Virus record (IMG/VR): IMGVR_UViG_3300028284_000003
Coordinates: 43,643-107,642 of that record
DNA from: a virus
Lineage: Duplodnaviria > Caudoviricetes
Strand: one strand, 5' to 3'
DNA: 64,000 nt
Shown piece after piece: positions 38,804 to 48,416 of the stretch (positions within the stretch are counted from its first letter, which is position 1; each line of letters starts with the position of its first letter). The translations under genes were made by a program, and so were the position numbers. The notes under the pieces are model-generated. The model did no database searches and was not told where the DNA came from. It was given only the letters and a program-made list of their open reading frames with translations.

Positions 38804-39276
38804 TATTTAAGACTCTTTTCTGTCATTACAACAAATCTAAATCCTCTTGACTTAGACCATTCCTGTGCATATTTATATTTATCTCTATTTTTAACATACT
38901 GTTCTGCAAGGAATTTATAATTTTTTAATGCCTGTTTTGAATTTTTAGTAGGTGGTTCTGGCTTTACTATATGACTTTCAGGTTTAATCTCAATGAGACT
39001 TTCTTCAAAGCCAGTTTCTTTCTTTACCTTTATATAAAAATCTGGATAGTATGAATGTTCCCTTTTATCCATTGAACTCCAGTATTTTATTTCAACTGGC
39101 TCGCTTGACCATAGTACAATATCCTCTCTATTATCACACATCTTCATAAACTTAAGTTCCCATGAACTTCGATAAATTATAGGTGGATTTCCAGCATATT
39201 TTTGTGGATATACTGGATTATAGTAGCCTTGATTAAAGCCAGAGTTTTTAGTTGGTCTTACGTTTTTTATTGACAT
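38803..39276 (-). CDS. head completion nuclease (gp4-like)
   Basis: YRSSWE, WSSE, YYPDF, IEIKP. Confidence 0.88.
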   Translation of the reverse strand: MSIKNVRPTKNSGFNQGYYNPVYPQKYAGNPPIIYRSSWELKFMKMCDNREDIVLWSSEPVEIKYWSSMDKREHSYYPDFYIKVKKETGFEESLIEIKPESHIVKPEPPTKNSKQALKNYKFLAEQYVKNRDKYKYAQEWSKSRGFRFVVMTEKSLK

Positions 39277-39278
39277 TA

Positions 39279-39662
39279 TTAGATATTAAACATTCCGCCG
39301 CCACCGTCTTCTCTTGAGTTTGCAGAATTTATTCTATCCATTGAGATAGTTCCCTTTGTTTTATTTGGGTGAAGTTTATTCCAACCCTTTGCGTAACCTC
39401 TCTTTGCTATCTCGGTAAAATATGCAAATGCGTTTGTATATTTAGGGTTAAAGTTTCTCCAATATTTTAATAAATCTAATAGAGCGAATTGCAAACAATC
39501 TTTTCTATCATCTTCATTTACATAAGTTAATCTATTAATTGCTTTTTCAGCAAGTAACTGTAACATTTTCTCTGCATCTCTTGTTAATCTATCATCATCC
39601 AATGATTGTACAATTTGTGCATATAAGTCTTTATTGTTTAAATAATTCTTTTTTCTTGGCAT
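39279..39662 (-). CDS. late sigma factor (gp55-like)
   Basis: NYLNNKDL, FNP..NAFAYFT. Confidence 0.85.
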   Translation of the reverse strand: MPRKKNYLNNKDLYAQIVQSLDDDRLTRDAEKMLQLLAEKAINRLTYVNEDDRKDCLQFALLDLLKYWRNFNPKYTNAFAYFTEIAKRGYAKGWNKLHPNKTKGTISMDRINSANSREDGGGGMFNI

Positions 39663-39680
39663 CTTTTAAATTTATAAATA

Positions 39681-39706
39681 TTATATAAAAAAAAGATCAA
39701 TTGTTT
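39681..39706 (-). promoter_or_regulatory. putative middle promoter AAACAA-N14-ATATAA
   Basis: Upstream of gp55-like gene; -35 lies in hairpin 39690-39721. Confidence 0.7.
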
Positions 39707-39780
39707 CCAATTGATCTTTTTCTACTGTATTTGAGTTAAATGAGAGATTTGTAGTTTAACTTCAAATTTTATTTAATTTT

Positions 39781-41229
39781 TTATACTGTTTCGCCATCAG
39801 CTAGTTCAACGTCTCTTTTATTTACTTTAATTGGTTTTTCATCAGCAAATACTGTAATTGATTCATCTTGACCAGATGTTGTATAAGCTTCAGCGTCAAT
39901 TTGAACCTCTGTGCCTTCTGCATATTCTTCAGTTTTGTATTTAAGAGTTCCTGGTACATAACCATCTTGTCTAGATACAACTTCTTCTTCAATCTCAGCT
40001 TCATTAGTAGCTTCATCTATAGAAGCTTCTAATTCTTCTTGATCTTCTTCAGATTTTTTAGGTTCTGATAAATCATTTAAATTAGATTCAATATCAGCTG
40101 CAACATCTTCTGCTATTTGTAATAATTCTTCAAATGATTTTTTATCTTCTTTAACTACTTCTTTAGCACCTTCTTCGCCTTCATCACTTGGCGCAGAATC
40201 ATCTGCTTCTTCCTTTGTATCAGGCGTTGTAATATCCTTTGTGTCTTTTTTAATATCTTCAGCTTCAACTCCAGCCTCATCTCCGGCTTCTTCGTTAGTA
40301 GTTTCTTCAGTTGTAGCATCTGTTTCAGTTTCTTCAGTTGTAGCTTCAGTTTCTTCAGTTGTAGCTTCAGTTTCAGTTTCTTCAGTTGTAGCTTCAGTTT
40401 CACAAACACATCCGTCTGTTCCACATTTTCCACAACCTTCGTCTACTTTTTCAGTACCGTTTTTAATAGCTTCAACCTCTTCTTCTAATATTTTAATTTC
40501 ACTGTTAATTAATGTATCAGCTTCTTTAACTTCTTGAATTGATTTATCAGCCTCAGCAATAACTCCTCTTTGATCTTTTAAGAACGCTATCATTTGCTCT
40601 AGAATGCTGATTTTATTTAATTTTTCAGCAGCTTCTTTTCTTGCACCTTCTAAAAGTTCTTGAGTCATATCAGTTATTTCATAACCTGTTTGCTCTTTAA
40701 CATAATCAAATGCAGCATTTGCATCTAATTTACCAAACTTATAAATCTTATTTGCTTCATTCATTCTATAAACGTAGAAGTCTTCGTTTAATTTCATAAC
40801 ATAACACTTAACATTACCTTCTTCAATTTTTTGAGCAAAATCAAGAGATACAAAATTATTGATGTTTTGAGCAGCATATTCAAAAAGTTGAATTTTTGCT
40901 TTGTTTGTATAATTTACAATACCTGCTGATAATAAATGATTTGTTAAACTTTCAGCTAAAACTTCGCTATTGTTAACGAAAAAGTTGTTTGATTCTCTTA
41001 CGAATCTAATTCTATTAATTCCATTAAACCATGTTAAACCTTCATTAGTTAATGTAAAATTGTTTAATGCTAAAACTAAGCTTCTAAACTCACCAGGAGC
41101 TGTAGTAATTTCTGCTTCAGTAATTGTATTTTCATTAACTAAAAATGCTTTACCGTCTAATGCGATGTAACTTTCTCCTGATTCGGTAACGAATACTGGA
41201 GAAATAATTTCTTTTGTAACTTGTGCCAT
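39781..41229 (-). CDS. hypothetical (probably virion) protein with acidic repeat region
   Basis: Late motif at 41262-41269; EATTEET repeats. Confidence 0.65.
   Translation of the reverse strand: MAQVTKEIISPVFVTESGESYIALDGKAFLVNENTITEAEITTAPGEFRSLVLALNNFTLTNEGLTWFNGINRIRFVRESNNFFVNNSEVLAESLTNHLLSAGIVNYTNKAKIQLFEYAAQNINNFVSLDFAQKIEEGNVKCYVMKLNEDFYVYRMNEANKIYKFGKLDANAAFDYVKEQTGYEITDMTQELLEGARKEAAEKLNKISILEQMIAFLKDQRGVIAEADKSIQEVKEADTLINSEIKILEEEVEAIKNGTEKVDEGCGKCGTDGCVCETEATTEETETEATTEETEATTEETETDATTEETTNEEAGDEAGVEAEDIKKDTKDITTPDTKEEADDSAPSDEGEEGAKEVVKEDKKSFEELLQIAEDVAADIESNLNDLSEPKKSEEDQEELEASIDEATNEAEIEEEVVSRQDGYVPGTLKYKTEEYAEGTEVQIDAEAYTTSGQDESITVFADEKPIKVNKRDVELADGETV
40303..40400. repeat. 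coding tandem repeat (E/D)ATTEET
   Basis: GTTTCTTCAGTTGTAGC units, four copies. Confidence 0.8.
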
Positions 41230-41260
41230 TTTTAATGTTTTTATTTATTTTATATATTAA

Positions 41261-42034
41261 TTATATATCTAAACCCTCGTCTAAAGATTCGTTAATTTGT
41301 TTTTCATCAGAATAGTTATGAGTTAGCTTAAACATTCTTTTACCAATATGCCTCTCTGTTTCAAAATCTATTGCTGGCATAAATGAATTTACCTCAACAC
41401 TGAATGTTATTTTATAATTGCCCTTATCGTCAAAACTATATTCAATAGGGTTTTCTTTACCATAATCATCTGGCATTGCATAATAGGCTGCAATTCTATA
41501 TAGCCCTTCATCTAAATGTCCAACCTCTGCATTATATTGATTAGATTTATATAATTTCTTTACTAACTGTTCAGTGCATTTAAAGATGTCTAAGAGACTA
41601 CTCAAGACTATTTCAATATCTAATGAAAATGTCATTGGGATCATTTCAAACTCAGCCTTATACCCCTCTAAAAGACCTTGGTCATTCATCTTACTATACT
41701 CTCCAACATTTCTCTTATTTACAAGTTTTGATGGATCAACTGTCATTGATGTAAGGTTAACAACTCCTCTTGGAATTGCATCGTAATTTCCGTCTGCTCC
41801 AATTGGATTTGGGCTACATTCAAAGCCATTTGCTGTTGAAAAAAGAAAGTTATCTTTTAAGAAATTTTCATCTCCAGTGATTGAATAGTAAAAAGGTACA
41901 TCTATTTCTGAACGTGTATCGTTGTCAAGTTGTCTATAAAAACTAACCTTTTTATTTAAGTCTGCAAGCAAGCCAATAATAAGGTGTCTGATCACGGAAT
42001 CATCTTTATTAAACTTCAAGTTATAGGTTGACAT
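41261..42034 (-). CDS. tail terminator/sheath stabiliser (gp15-like)
   Basis: IR..IIGL, IDVPFYY, IPRG, PMTFSL layout typical of gp15-like proteins. Confidence 0.6.
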   Translation of the reverse strand: MSTYNLKFNKDDSVIRHLIIGLLADLNKKVSFYRQLDNDTRSEIDVPFYYSITGDENFLKDNFLFSTANGFECSPNPIGADGNYDAIPRGVVNLTSMTVDPSKLVNKRNVGEYSKMNDQGLLEGYKAEFEMIPMTFSLDIEIVLSSLLDIFKCTEQLVKKLYKSNQYNAEVGHLDEGLYRIAAYYAMPDDYGKENPIEYSFDDKGNYKITFSVEVNSFMPAIDFETERHIGKRMFKLTHNYSDEKQINESLDEGLDI

Positions 42035-42127
42035 CTATTTCTTTATTTTTGTTTATATATCTACAATTATTAAAGTGCCATTGTTTCATCGCTTTTTCTT
42101 AAATTGTATGTTGCCATTTATTATATA

Positions 42128-43798
42128 TCATTCTATTTTTTCAATAGTAAACTTTGAAAATCCATTCTCTCTATGAATCTGTATTTTCTGATCAAAGATC
42201 TCATGAGGCAATTCAGTGTGATTAATAACAAATGTATTTAGTCCATTTTCTTTAATTACTTCATTAAGAATTTTAAGTACGTTATAGACTCCATCTTGAT
42301 CGACTGAACTTAACAACTCATCTAAAAACATAAGGTTAAGTTGTGGAAACCTTAGTTTTAGTATTTTAATAATAGCAATAATAACTATAAAGTCTGCCTT
42401 CTTTCTCTCACCTGTTGAAAGTGTTAGAGGATTTATATCTTCTCCTAAATGATTAATAATACAATCGAACTTTTCATTAAATCTAATATGAAATGGAAGG
42501 TGCATTGTCTGAGCCATCATTGCGATATTAGCATTTAATCCTGGAAGTATCGTTTGTACTGCAAGATTCTTTACGCCATCATCTCCTAAGACTTCTTCTA
42601 AGATTGTCATAAATGCATCTTGTTGTGCTATCTCTTCTCTCTTACCTGATTTACTTTCTTCTGATTTTTCAAACTCTGCAATAATTTGCTTTAGATGTTG
42701 AAATTGAGTTGAATCTTGAGTTGATTCTTTTATTTTAATTAAAGCTTCTTTAATATCTTTAATAGAGTATCGTAGGTTATTGATTCTTATTTCAACTTGT
42801 TTTTTCTTACTTCTTAATTCACTTACTTTTCCTTCAGCTATTGTAATTTCTTCTTTTAATTTACTTGAATTTTTAGAGTTATTTTCAATCTGTGTTTTAA
42901 ATTCATCTCCTTTTTTCTGGTGCCAATCAGTATCTAACTCTGTTTCACACGAACCACAAAAACCGGATTCGTATAATTCAATTTTTTTCTGTAAGTATTG
43001 ATTCTCTCGTTCAAGGTCTCGCTGCTGAATACTCATGTTACCTGCTTTATCTCTTGCTCCTTCAATTTTACTATCAATATGGCTTCTCGCCTCGTTTAAT
43101 TTCTTAACATTATCTCCATGTTCTAATAGTTCATCTTTTAAGGCTTCAACCTTTGCTTTATCTTTCTTATGAGACTCTTCAACTAAGTTATTTAGTTTAA
43201 GTCTTACTGAAGAAATTGATTCCATAATCTGATTAAGTTCAGAATCATAAGAATCTATTTCCATTTTAATTTGCTTACGTTCTTCTTTAACGTTCCTAAA
43301 CATATCGTTTAAAACTGAAAAACCAAACATCTTATCAATGATTTGTTTTTTATCACTTGAATTCATAGTCAGAAAAGACTTAAAATCATTAATACTTAAA
43401 ATAATAATATTCTTAAAAACATGATATGGTATTCCAAAAATCTCATCTTCTAAATATTCTTGTACAGATTTTTTACCTGCTTTATCAAACTCTACACCAT
43501 TAATTAAAACCTTAAATCGATTTGGCATTAGCCCTCTTTCGATTTCAACGATCATGTCATTACACTGTAAGTTTATTTTAACCCATAACTCTTTATTAAT
43601 TCTATTTGGTAGATCAGCGAGTTTTACACCTTCAACCTTTCCATATAATGCATATATAATACTATTGGCTATTGTGGTTTTTCCATGTCCGTTTTTACCT
43701 AATGTTAAATATAACTGTGCTTGGTCTTCAAACTCAATTGTTTGAATTTGATTACCATAACTTGCAAAATTCTTAAATTCTATGCTATTAATTTTCAT
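42128..43798 (-). CDS. recombination ATPase (gp46/SbcC-like)
   Basis: GKNGHGKT, CGSC hook, LSTGE, LDE. Confidence 0.93.
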   Translation of the reverse strand: MKINSIEFKNFASYGNQIQTIEFEDQAQLYLTLGKNGHGKTTIANSIIYALYGKVEGVKLADLPNRINKELWVKINLQCNDMIVEIERGLMPNRFKVLINGVEFDKAGKKSVQEYLEDEIFGIPYHVFKNIIILSINDFKSFLTMNSSDKKQIIDKMFGFSVLNDMFRNVKEERKQIKMEIDSYDSELNQIMESISSVRLKLNNLVEESHKKDKAKVEALKDELLEHGDNVKKLNEARSHIDSKIEGARDKAGNMSIQQRDLERENQYLQKKIELYESGFCGSCETELDTDWHQKKGDEFKTQIENNSKNSSKLKEEITIAEGKVSELRSKKKQVEIRINNLRYSIKDIKEALIKIKESTQDSTQFQHLKQIIAEFEKSEESKSGKREEIAQQDAFMTILEEVLGDDGVKNLAVQTILPGLNANIAMMAQTMHLPFHIRFNEKFDCIINHLGEDINPLTLSTGERKKADFIVIIAIIKILKLRFPQLNLMFLDELLSSVDQDGVYNVLKILNEVIKENGLNTFVINHTELPHEIFDQKIQIHRENGFSKFTIEKIE

Positions 43799-44909
43799 TG
43801 TCTAAGTCGTAATTATTTACACAACCATTATAAAGTTGGTTTAATTTATCTTTAATTTGTTCTTTTAATTTATTGTCAAATGTAGAAGAGTCTATGTACC
43901 TTTCACAAAGTCCCATAACACTATAGTTCTTTTGCATTTCTTCTATCTCATCTAAGTCATATAAATCCTTGTCTATAAAATTATCTTCTTGATAAATATT
44001 TGGCTCTATCCTTCTACCGATCTTTTGCACCCTGTTAATTAAATTAGACAATGCAGACGATGTGGCTATTTCAGAAGGAACATAAAGATCTACAAAGTTA
44101 TTTTTTATTTGTGCCTTAAAATTCTCAAGTGGCATATCATATAACATCTTAATATTATACCTAAGAAAGTGAGGAGATGTTGTATTTTCAAAGAAAGTTT
44201 CTTGCATATCCTTTAAATCTACGAGATCAAATCCTTTAGTGTTATTCATATCAGATCTTGTTAGTTGATATGGTACACCAACCATTAAGAGTTTATCCTT
44301 TTCTTGTCTATAATGAATATGGCCACTATATACTCTTGTATATTTTGAATAGATATTGCTTTCATTTCCATGTTGATTCTTTACCTTTGCGTTTAAGTAA
44401 ATACCTCTAACTTCAGAATGGCAAAATACAATTTCACTCTGTGGATAGTCTGCTAATGTCTCTGCCTCATGTGCTGAATCTCTTCTCCATGGCATTAACA
44501 ATATTTTTCTATCATTCCAAACATATTCAACAGGGTCTGTATAAACTTGTACATTTGGGATCCATTTAAGAGTATCTATTGAAGTAATTTCATTTGTCTT
44601 CTTAGCCCAAATATCATGATTGCCACAAATTACATGGACTGGAAGTATCTCACCTAGCCTCTCGAATAAATCCATGGCATAGTTTAAAACTTTGATGTTT
44701 ATACTCTGGCGGTTGTCAAACGTATCTCCTACCTGTACTAAAACATCACCTGGTTTTACATGTTTCTTTAATGTGGGAATAAACTCTTCCTCAAAAAAAT
44801 CTTTCTGAATCTGTAGCCATTCCATGGAATTAGACCTAACTCCAAAGTGAAGATCGCCTAATACCCATACCCTTTTTACTGGTTTACTTAGAACTCCTGA
44901 CTTAATCAT
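43788..44909 (-). CDS. recombination nuclease (gp47/SbcD-like)
   Basis: GDLHFG, GDTFD, GNHD, SGHIH. Confidence 0.93.
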   Translation of the reverse strand: MIKSGVLSKPVKRVWVLGDLHFGVRSNSMEWLQIQKDFFEEEFIPTLKKHVKPGDVLVQVGDTFDNRQSINIKVLNYAMDLFERLGEILPVHVICGNHDIWAKKTNEITSIDTLKWIPNVQVYTDPVEYVWNDRKILLMPWRRDSAHEAETLADYPQSEIVFCHSEVRGIYLNAKVKNQHGNESNIYSKYTRVYSGHIHYRQEKDKLLMVGVPYQLTRSDMNNTKGFDLVDLKDMQETFFENTTSPHFLRYNIKMLYDMPLENFKAQIKNNFVDLYVPSEIATSSALSNLINRVQKIGRRIEPNIYQEDNFIDKDLYDLDEIEEMQKNYSVMGLCERYIDSSTFDNKLKEQIKDKLNQLYNGCVNNYDLDNEN

Positions 44910-45353
44910 TTAAAAAAGTTTACTAATGTTCTTTTTTGAAAGGATGCCTGTTTTTTTATCTAATTCTGTAATTAGATCTTCTTTATAAACATTAGATAAT
45001 GAATTATAAAACTTACTTGGAGGTATATTAAAATAATTACACAGCTCAGAAAATAAATCTATCCTTGAGTATTTTTTAATTAATTCATCTACCATAAACC
45101 CGTATACTTCATTAATATCTATTTTTTTAAGTTTAGTTACATTTACAAATTCATCGATTTCATTAAATTTTTTAAATCTTGAATTTTCTATAAGTTCGTG
45201 AATATCCTTAGAAAGTATTTCATAGTGTATATTTTCTTCTTCTGAAAGATTACCTCTTACTGCTGGATCTAAATCAAAGTTAATAGATCCCTTGCCCTCC
45301 GTATCTGGAGCTTCAAAATTATTGTCAAATATTTTATCTTGTTTGTTTCTCAT
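44910..45353 (-). CDS. hypothetical protein
   Basis: ORF in replication operon. Confidence 0.75.
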   Translation of the reverse strand: MRNKQDKIFDNNFEAPDTEGKGSINFDLDPAVRGNLSEEENIHYEILSKDIHELIENSRFKKFNEIDEFVNVTKLKKIDINEVYGFMVDELIKKYSRIDLFSELCNYFNIPPSKFYNSLSNVYKEDLITELDKKTGILSKKNISKLF

Positions 45354-45355
45354 AT

Positions 45356-46672
45356 CTATATTGCGTGTAAATTACTCATTGTTATTTCTTCAGTTTCCAT
45401 TAATCTCATATATGAGTAGTTAATGTCTAACTTACATTTTGTTCCCTTGCCTTCACCATCTCTGATTTTAAGGACTTTTAATCTGTATTCATTTGCTGCT
45501 CTCATAATATCATCTTGAATAATTCCAAGCATAACATCAGCCGTATGAGAAAGACCTGCAGATTCTGCAATATCGGTCATTGTAATATCTGAAGAGTTGT
45601 AACCGCTTCTTGTAATTTGAGTTGCTGTAACGATTAGCCAATTATTTCTAATACCCATTGCTCTAAGATCTTCTGCAATTTGCTTGATCTTCATATAGGT
45701 ATTTTCAGTGTTTTGATTTCTATAATTTGCTAAGATGTTAATATAATCTATAACAACTGCTCCTAACTTAATTCCTTTTTCTTCTTCAATTTGTGCAAGA
45801 TATGCTTCAATGTCAAGCACGGTAGCTTGAGACGTTGGGAATTGTCTAACATGTAAACTACCTGGAGGAGTAAATCCATTTCCTACTGTTTCTAATTTTC
45901 TTTTAATAAAATCTTTATTCTTACCTTTTTCATTATAGTCACTAATGTTAATACCTAAAAGGTTTGCTCCGATTCTTTTAACAAATTTATGTGCTGCCAT
46001 TTCAGCGGTAATGACGGCGGTGTTGGTTCCCATCTTAACGAATTGAGCTGCGTCATTTGCTAAGAAAATGGATTTACCAATATTCTGTTCACCCGCATAA
46101 ACTACTAAATTACCGCCTTTGTCATATCCTCCGCCTAATACTCTATCTAAAAAGTTATATCCTGTACTAATTTTATCAGTCTCTTTTTGATCATGTGATT
46201 CTGCATCGAAAAAATCAAGACCAAGATCACTGTTAAATGTAAGATTATTTCTTTCATTTATTAATGTCTTAACCTTTGTAATTATATGATCAGTATTTTC
46301 AGGAGTTACAGTCGTTGTTTTAATAAACTCAATAGTGTCAATAAGAGTTGTATCAAAGTTTCTCCATTTAATCCATGATTCTGCAGTAGATGTTAGCCAC
46401 TCTTCATCATATTGATCTAAGTCTACTTCAAATATTAAATTAATTATACTATCACTAATTTTATCTTTAGCCGTTTTTGCATTTTTAACAAGAAGTCTTA
46501 ACTGTTCCTTTGAAGGAGTTTCATTAAACTTCATAAAAAACTTAAGAGCAAGTGATGAAAGTATATCAATCTCTTCAGATGAATAAAAACTTGTCTTAAT
46601 TGCCTGTAAATATTTAGGTTTTTCTAATGAAAACCTAAAAAACATTTTTTCATAATCTTGGCTAAATTCCAT
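45356..46672 (-). CDS. replicative helicase (gp41/DnaB-like)
   Basis: GEQNIGKS, IDYINI, AEDLR, TATQ, AESAG. Confidence 0.93.
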   Translation of the reverse strand: MEFSQDYEKMFFRFSLEKPKYLQAIKTSFYSSEEIDILSSLALKFFMKFNETPSKEQLRLLVKNAKTAKDKISDSIINLIFEVDLDQYDEEWLTSTAESWIKWRNFDTTLIDTIEFIKTTTVTPENTDHIITKVKTLINERNNLTFNSDLGLDFFDAESHDQKETDKISTGYNFLDRVLGGGYDKGGNLVVYAGEQNIGKSIFLANDAAQFVKMGTNTAVITAEMAAHKFVKRIGANLLGINISDYNEKGKNKDFIKRKLETVGNGFTPPGSLHVRQFPTSQATVLDIEAYLAQIEEEKGIKLGAVVIDYINILANYRNQNTENTYMKIKQIAEDLRAMGIRNNWLIVTATQITRSGYNSSDITMTDIAESAGLSHTADVMLGIIQDDIMRAANEYRLKVLKIRDGEGKGTKCKLDINYSYMRLMETEEITMSNLHAI

Positions 46673-46678
46673 AATAGT

Positions 46679-46975
46679 TTAATTAAACGGGTTGTTTATT
46701 ATTTTATAGGACTCTTTACCTTTTGTTTCATTTACCGGTTCAATATAACCTTCTTTAACTAATTTTGCTAAAGCTTTATCCACTCTTTCTGGATCTGCGT
46801 TTTTTAAATGATATTTCATACTTGCATGTTTTGTGAAATTGTGGTTAGTATCTCCAATATGTCTTTTTATTTTTTCATATAAAATGTCAAATCCATCTGG
46901 GTAAGAAGGCAACGTATCTTGTATTCCTAAAATATATTTAATAGGAAGTTTATCTTCATTTATTTGTAAACTCAT
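46679..46975 (-). CDS. hypothetical protein (winged-helix-like)
   Basis: VDKALAKLVKEGYI. Confidence 0.55.
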   Translation of the reverse strand: MSLQINEDKLPIKYILGIQDTLPSYPDGFDILYEKIKRHIGDTNHNFTKHASMKYHLKNADPERVDKALAKLVKEGYIEPVNETKGKESYKIINNPFN

Positions 46976-48087
46976 TCTGTAGTCTCTTCTAATATTGCGT
47001 CAACATCAACGTCTTCTGACATTGCACTATAATTAAACAGTGGCTGAATGTGCTCATTGATTTTTTCAAGTACTTCTTTTGTAAATACCTTTTCAGTAAA
47101 GAAGTCTTTATTTGAGACTGGCTTATCTAAGTGCTTACATATCCAAGTTCTTGAAGTTGCCTTAATTTCAGGTTTTCCATTTTTATCAAAACTTCCTCTA
47201 TCAACTCCACAAACATCCCATGAAACATATTGTTCAAGACCTACGTAAGGATTCATTCCTTGAGTAAAGTGTAAATGAAATTTAATTGGAGTTGGCTTTG
47301 CAAATCTGTTTTTGTTTGGTTTCGCCGTAACTATAATTCCTGTTTTCTCAGTACCTTCTTTAAGTTGTGCTTTATTTAAGAATAAAACAATAGATGCTGC
47401 ATATTCAGGACCTGTACCTCCACCTGCTATTTGTTGTGCAATAAAGCCTTGTGTCATATAAGTGTGGTTAGTAAATAAGAAAGGTATTTTAAGATCTGCC
47501 AATGGAGTCATAATAATTCTAAAAATAGATTTAAGAATTTTGGCTCTTGTCATATCAGCCTTTTCACTACCACTGACTGCATCATTGATTTCTTTTTGAG
47601 TTGCCAAGTTTCCAGCACTATCAAGAATAATCATAACCTTAGGTACTGTGCCACCCGTTCTTTTTACTTCTTGCATTTTAGTTGTGATCGTTGTGATTGA
47701 ATGTCTAAAATCTTGTACAGTATTTACCGGTTGATAATTAACCTTAGCTAAATCAATTCCAAACTTTGCCATTAATTGTTTATCAACAGCCGCTTCACTA
47801 TCATAAAAAATAACATTGTAACCCATGTCGATTGCACGTTTTACACTATTTAATATGAGGAAAGTTTTACCTGTTCCAGAAGGACCTGCTAATGCACATG
47901 TTCTACTATTTGGCCAACCTCCAAAGAGACTACCGCTTACACATGCATTTAAATGATAGTTTCCAGTATCAATATATTCTGTTACTTCACTAAAATCACT
48001 ATTTTCCATTATACTTCCTAATGGATTTATATTTGCTAATTCAGCGTTAATATCACTGAAATTAAATTCAACTTTCTTTTTTGCCAT
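46972..48087 (-). CDS. uvsX: RecA/UvsX recombinase
   Basis: GPSGTGKT, DSE, LDSAG, NHTY, GG.G..YAAS, KNRF. Confidence 0.92.
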   Translation of the reverse strand: MAKKKVEFNFSDINAELANINPLGSIMENSDFSEVTEYIDTGNYHLNACVSGSLFGGWPNSRTCALAGPSGTGKTFLILNSVKRAIDMGYNVIFYDSEAAVDKQLMAKFGIDLAKVNYQPVNTVQDFRHSITTITTKMQEVKRTGGTVPKVMIILDSAGNLATQKEINDAVSGSEKADMTRAKILKSIFRIIMTPLADLKIPFLFTNHTYMTQGFIAQQIAGGGTGPEYAASIVLFLNKAQLKEGTEKTGIIVTAKPNKNRFAKPTPIKFHLHFTQGMNPYVGLEQYVSWDVCGVDRGSFDKNGKPEIKATSRTWICKHLDKPVSNKDFFTEKVFTKEVLEKINEHIQPLFNYSAMSEDVDVDAILEETTE

Positions 48088-48088
48088 T

Positions 48089-48298
48089 TTATTTGTTTAT
48101 TTTTTCGAATAACTTAGATTCTTTTTCTCTAATATTGTTTAATTCTTTTATTAAGACTTCAGCCTTTTGTTTAATATTACTCATCTCATTTTTTAAAGTA
48201 TTGAATTCTTTTTGAATTGCAACATACTCTTGTAATATTAATTCTTCTTCTTTAGAAAGGTCCATAGTCTTTAATTCTTTTTTGTTTTGCTGCCTCAT
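48089..48298 (-). CDS. small coiled-coil protein
   Basis: ORF on coding strand. Confidence 0.55.
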   Translation of the reverse strand: MRQQNKKELKTMDLSKEEELILQEYVAIQKEFNTLKNEMSNIKQKAEVLIKELNNIREKESKLFEKINK

Positions 48299-48416
48299 TT
48301 ACTTTTTCTGAGAAATGTTCTCTAAAATAAATTGCAACCTTTTTTCCTAATTCAGTGTAGTTTGGGTTTTCAGCCACTAATTCGCAAACGTAGTCTTCTA
48401 TATTCATATGTTTATT

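Noticed and set aside
39822-40433. Lys/Leu-rich nested ORFs (also 34804..35052)
   Set aside because: Frame-shifted readings of GAA/ACT-rich acidic coding sequence
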